NCBI GenBank assembly: GCA_045644305.1
Contig: JAZRGS010000044.1
Coordinates: 1 to 44,753, forward strand
Direction: 5' to 3'
Length of the DNA stretch: 44,753 nucleotides
Source of the DNA: Eubacteriales bacterium
GTDB taxonomy: Bacteria > Bacillota > Clostridia > Oscillospirales > CAG-382
Shown here: positions 43,067 through 44,753 of the stretch, in pieces
How the letters are laid out: each line of letters opens with the position of its first letter
Numbering within the stretch: position 1 is the first letter of the stretch
Notes under the pieces: model-generated
The model's input: only the letters and a program-made list of their open reading frames with translations
Database searches by the model: none
Told to the model about the DNA's origin: nothing
Program-made: the position numbers and the translations under genes

Positions 43067-43100
43067 ACCTGCGGGGAGAAATCTCCGCAGGTTGTTTTTT
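43067..43100 (+). terminator. Intrinsic terminator after fba
   Basis: ACCTGCGG...CCGCAGGT followed by TGTTTTTT. Confidence 0.8.
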
Positions 43101-43110
43101 AGGTGTTTAA

Positions 43111-44163
43111 ATGTCAAACAGAATTTTAAGAGGCGGGGTCGCGCTTTTTCTCTGCGCGGCGCTTTTGGTCTCTTCCTTTGTCGCGATTATTATGCGCGCA
43201 GTCGATACCGACGAAGGAGTCTATTACAGCGAAATAACCGAGGACTTGTCGTCCGAGGTCGAAAATTCTCACGTTTCGGAGGAAAGCGTCGATTTTTCGG
43301 AATCGAGTGAGATCGAAGAATCGTCAAGGGAAGAAATATTCCCCGAAATTGAGGTTGTAACCCCCGAAAACGTCACTGCGGCGGCGATTTACGAGCTCGA
43401 TTCGCTTTATTGCGTCTATTCCGAAAACGCAGACGAAAGGGTTTCGATCGCAAGCATAACCAAGCTTATGACTGCGTCCGTTGCGCTTAAATATATGCCT
43501 CCCGAAGCGATGATAACCGTTGGGGGCGAAATAGGCATGGTAAAGCCCGATTCCTCGCTTTGCGGATTAAGACGCGGCTATAAAATGACGCTTTACGACC
43601 TTTTGCACGGACTGCTTATGCAGTCGGGCAACGACGCGGCTTATACGGTTGCGGTGAACGTTGCCAGATATGCTTCGGAAAATTATGAAATGGACAATAA
43701 GACGGCTGTCGAATATTTCTGCGCTCTTATGAATGAGCAGGCTGAAGATTTGGGCCTTGAAAATACATCGTTTGCGAACCCCGAGGGATGGGATAACGAG
43801 AAGAACTATTCAACCGTTTCCGACCTTTCGATTTTGGCGAGATACGCTTCGAATCAGGAAACGATTGCAAAAATCGTTAAGACGGTCAATTATACCGCGA
43901 AGCTCGAATCGGGTGAGGAGGTTGAATTTTTTAATTCGAACTTTCTTTTGCATCCCGAGGGACGCTTTTACCATAAGTCGGTCACGGGCTTGAAAACAGG
44001 CAGCACGAATAAGGCGGGCAAGTGCCTTGTCGCAACGCTTGAAATTGACGGGATGCGCTATATCGCGGTCGTAATGGGCTGTCCCGACGAGGAATCGCGT
44101 TATACCTCGATGCTTGAGATTATAAAATACGTAGAAGAGTATCATTCCTTGAAATTTGCATAA
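43111..44163 (+). CDS. D-alanyl-D-alanine carboxypeptidase (serine peptidase S11, low-MW PBP)
   Basis: There is an N-terminal TM/signal anchor, and the SITK, SGND and KTGST motifs occur in the correct order. Confidence 0.88.
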   Translation: MSNRILRGGVALFLCAALLVSSFVAIIMRAVDTDEGVYYSEITEDLSSEVENSHVSEESVDFSESSEIEESSREEIFPEIEVVTPENVTAAAIYELDSLYCVYSENADERVSIASITKLMTASVALKYMPPEAMITVGGEIGMVKPDSSLCGLRRGYKMTLYDLLHGLLMQSGNDAAYTVAVNVARYASENYEMDNKTAVEYFCALMNEQAEDLGLENTSFANPEGWDNEKNYSTVSDLSILARYASNQETIAKIVKTVNYTAKLESGEEVEFFNSNFLLHPEGRFYHKSVTGLKTGSTNKAGKCLVATLEIDGMRYIAVVMGCPDEESRYTSMLEIIKYVEEYHSLKFA

Positions 44164-44229
44164 GGAATTTTTACGATATGCTCGTATAATAGTTGAAGGC
44201 AAAAAATGCTTTCGGAAAGGAAGGCTATT

Positions 44230-44753
44230 ATGAACGGCAAAAACAGATGCAGAATACTTAAGGATATCCGCAAAAAAATCGCGATCGAGAACGATATCGA
44301 ATATGTGACGACCGAATGTAAATACAAGGGCGATTGTCTTGGCACCTGCCCGAAATGTGAATCCGAAGTAAGATATCTTGAACAAGAGCTTGCGAAAAAG
44401 CGCTCGCTTGGACAAAAAATCGCGCTTGCAGGCATAGCCGCGGGCATTACGCTTACCGCTACGGGCTGTTCGGATGATGTTTTCTCTGCTTTCGGCGGAA
44501 AAAAGCAGGTTAACGGAGATCTTCCCCACACCCCCGCAACAAGCGAATTTTCGGAAAACGACAACAGCGTTCCCAATCAAAGCGGCGTTTCTCAAATCGT
44601 TGACGGTGAAATCGTTGAGGTTATCGGTGAAATGCCCGAAACAAGCGACACTATGGGCGCAGAACCCGAGCTGATGGGCGAGGCTTCTTACGAGGAATCC
44701 GCTAACGCAGGCATTCTTGAGCCCGAACAGCCCGAAATAGTTGACCCCTACCT
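44230..44753 (+). CDS. Hypothetical protein with an N-terminal Cys4 zinc-ribbon-like motif and one TM helix (3' end outside the window)
   Basis: It is not in the ORF track because no stop lies in the window. ATG follows GGAAAGGAAGG. Translation reads MNGKNRCRILKDIRKKIAIENDIEYVTTECKYKGDCLGTCPKCESEVRYLEQEL, then IALAGIAAGITLTATGC, then an acidic/Pro-rich extracellular tail. Confidence 0.6.
   Translation, partial: MNGKNRCRILKDIRKKIAIENDIEYVTTECKYKGDCLGTCPKCESEVRYLEQELAKKRSLGQKIALAGIAAGITLTATGCSDDVFSAFGGKKQVNGDLPHTPATSEFSENDNSVPNQSGVSQIVDGEIVEVIGEMPETSDTMGAEPELMGEASYEESANAGILEPEQPEIVDPY

Overview
This is a 44.7-kb chromosomal segment, roughly 50% GC by eye, from a spore-forming, dockerin-encoding member of the Clostridia (Oscillospiraceae/Ruminococcus-like). 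That assignment is inferred from the spoIIGA-sigE pair, the dockerin modules and the gene order. Most of the window is ordinary core genome. It holds the rimP-nusA-ylxR-ylxQ-infB operon, spoIIGA-sigE, a membrane pyrophosphatase, mgtE, ung, tag, cysE, fba, a D-Ala-D-Ala carboxypeptidase and one tRNA-Arg(ACG). It also holds glycan-related genes (GH20, GH36, two orphan solute-binding lipoproteins, a discoidin/DUF4855-like protein, a CBM9-like lipoprotein). Three secreted dockerin proteins are present: a CotH kinase-like protein, a 4x repeat protein and a metallophosphoesterase. I see no rRNA, CRISPR array, transposase, integrase, reverse transcriptase or recognisable defence or toxin gene, so I cannot support a clear-cut new multi-gene system here. 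The observations most worth a second look are: (1) a 167-bp mirror-symmetric array of ATGATAT/ATATCAT heptamers interleaved with compensated mini-hairpins, next to the tRNA; (2) a low-GC two-gene cassette of immunity-like proteins bounded by a 21-bp direct repeat, directly after ung; (3) a 932-aa dockerin protein built from four ~200-aa modules that look like a split Ig-type signature around a PPC-like insert; (4) a NYN-domain gene in the usual sigG position with a perfect promoter and Shine-Dalgarno but no ATG/GTG/TTG start; (5) a surface glycan-capture cluster without any transporter genes. The many 300-740 aa antisense ORFs in the track are codon-phase shadows of the real genes. All family assignments come from motif recognition by eye and need HMM or BLAST confirmation.
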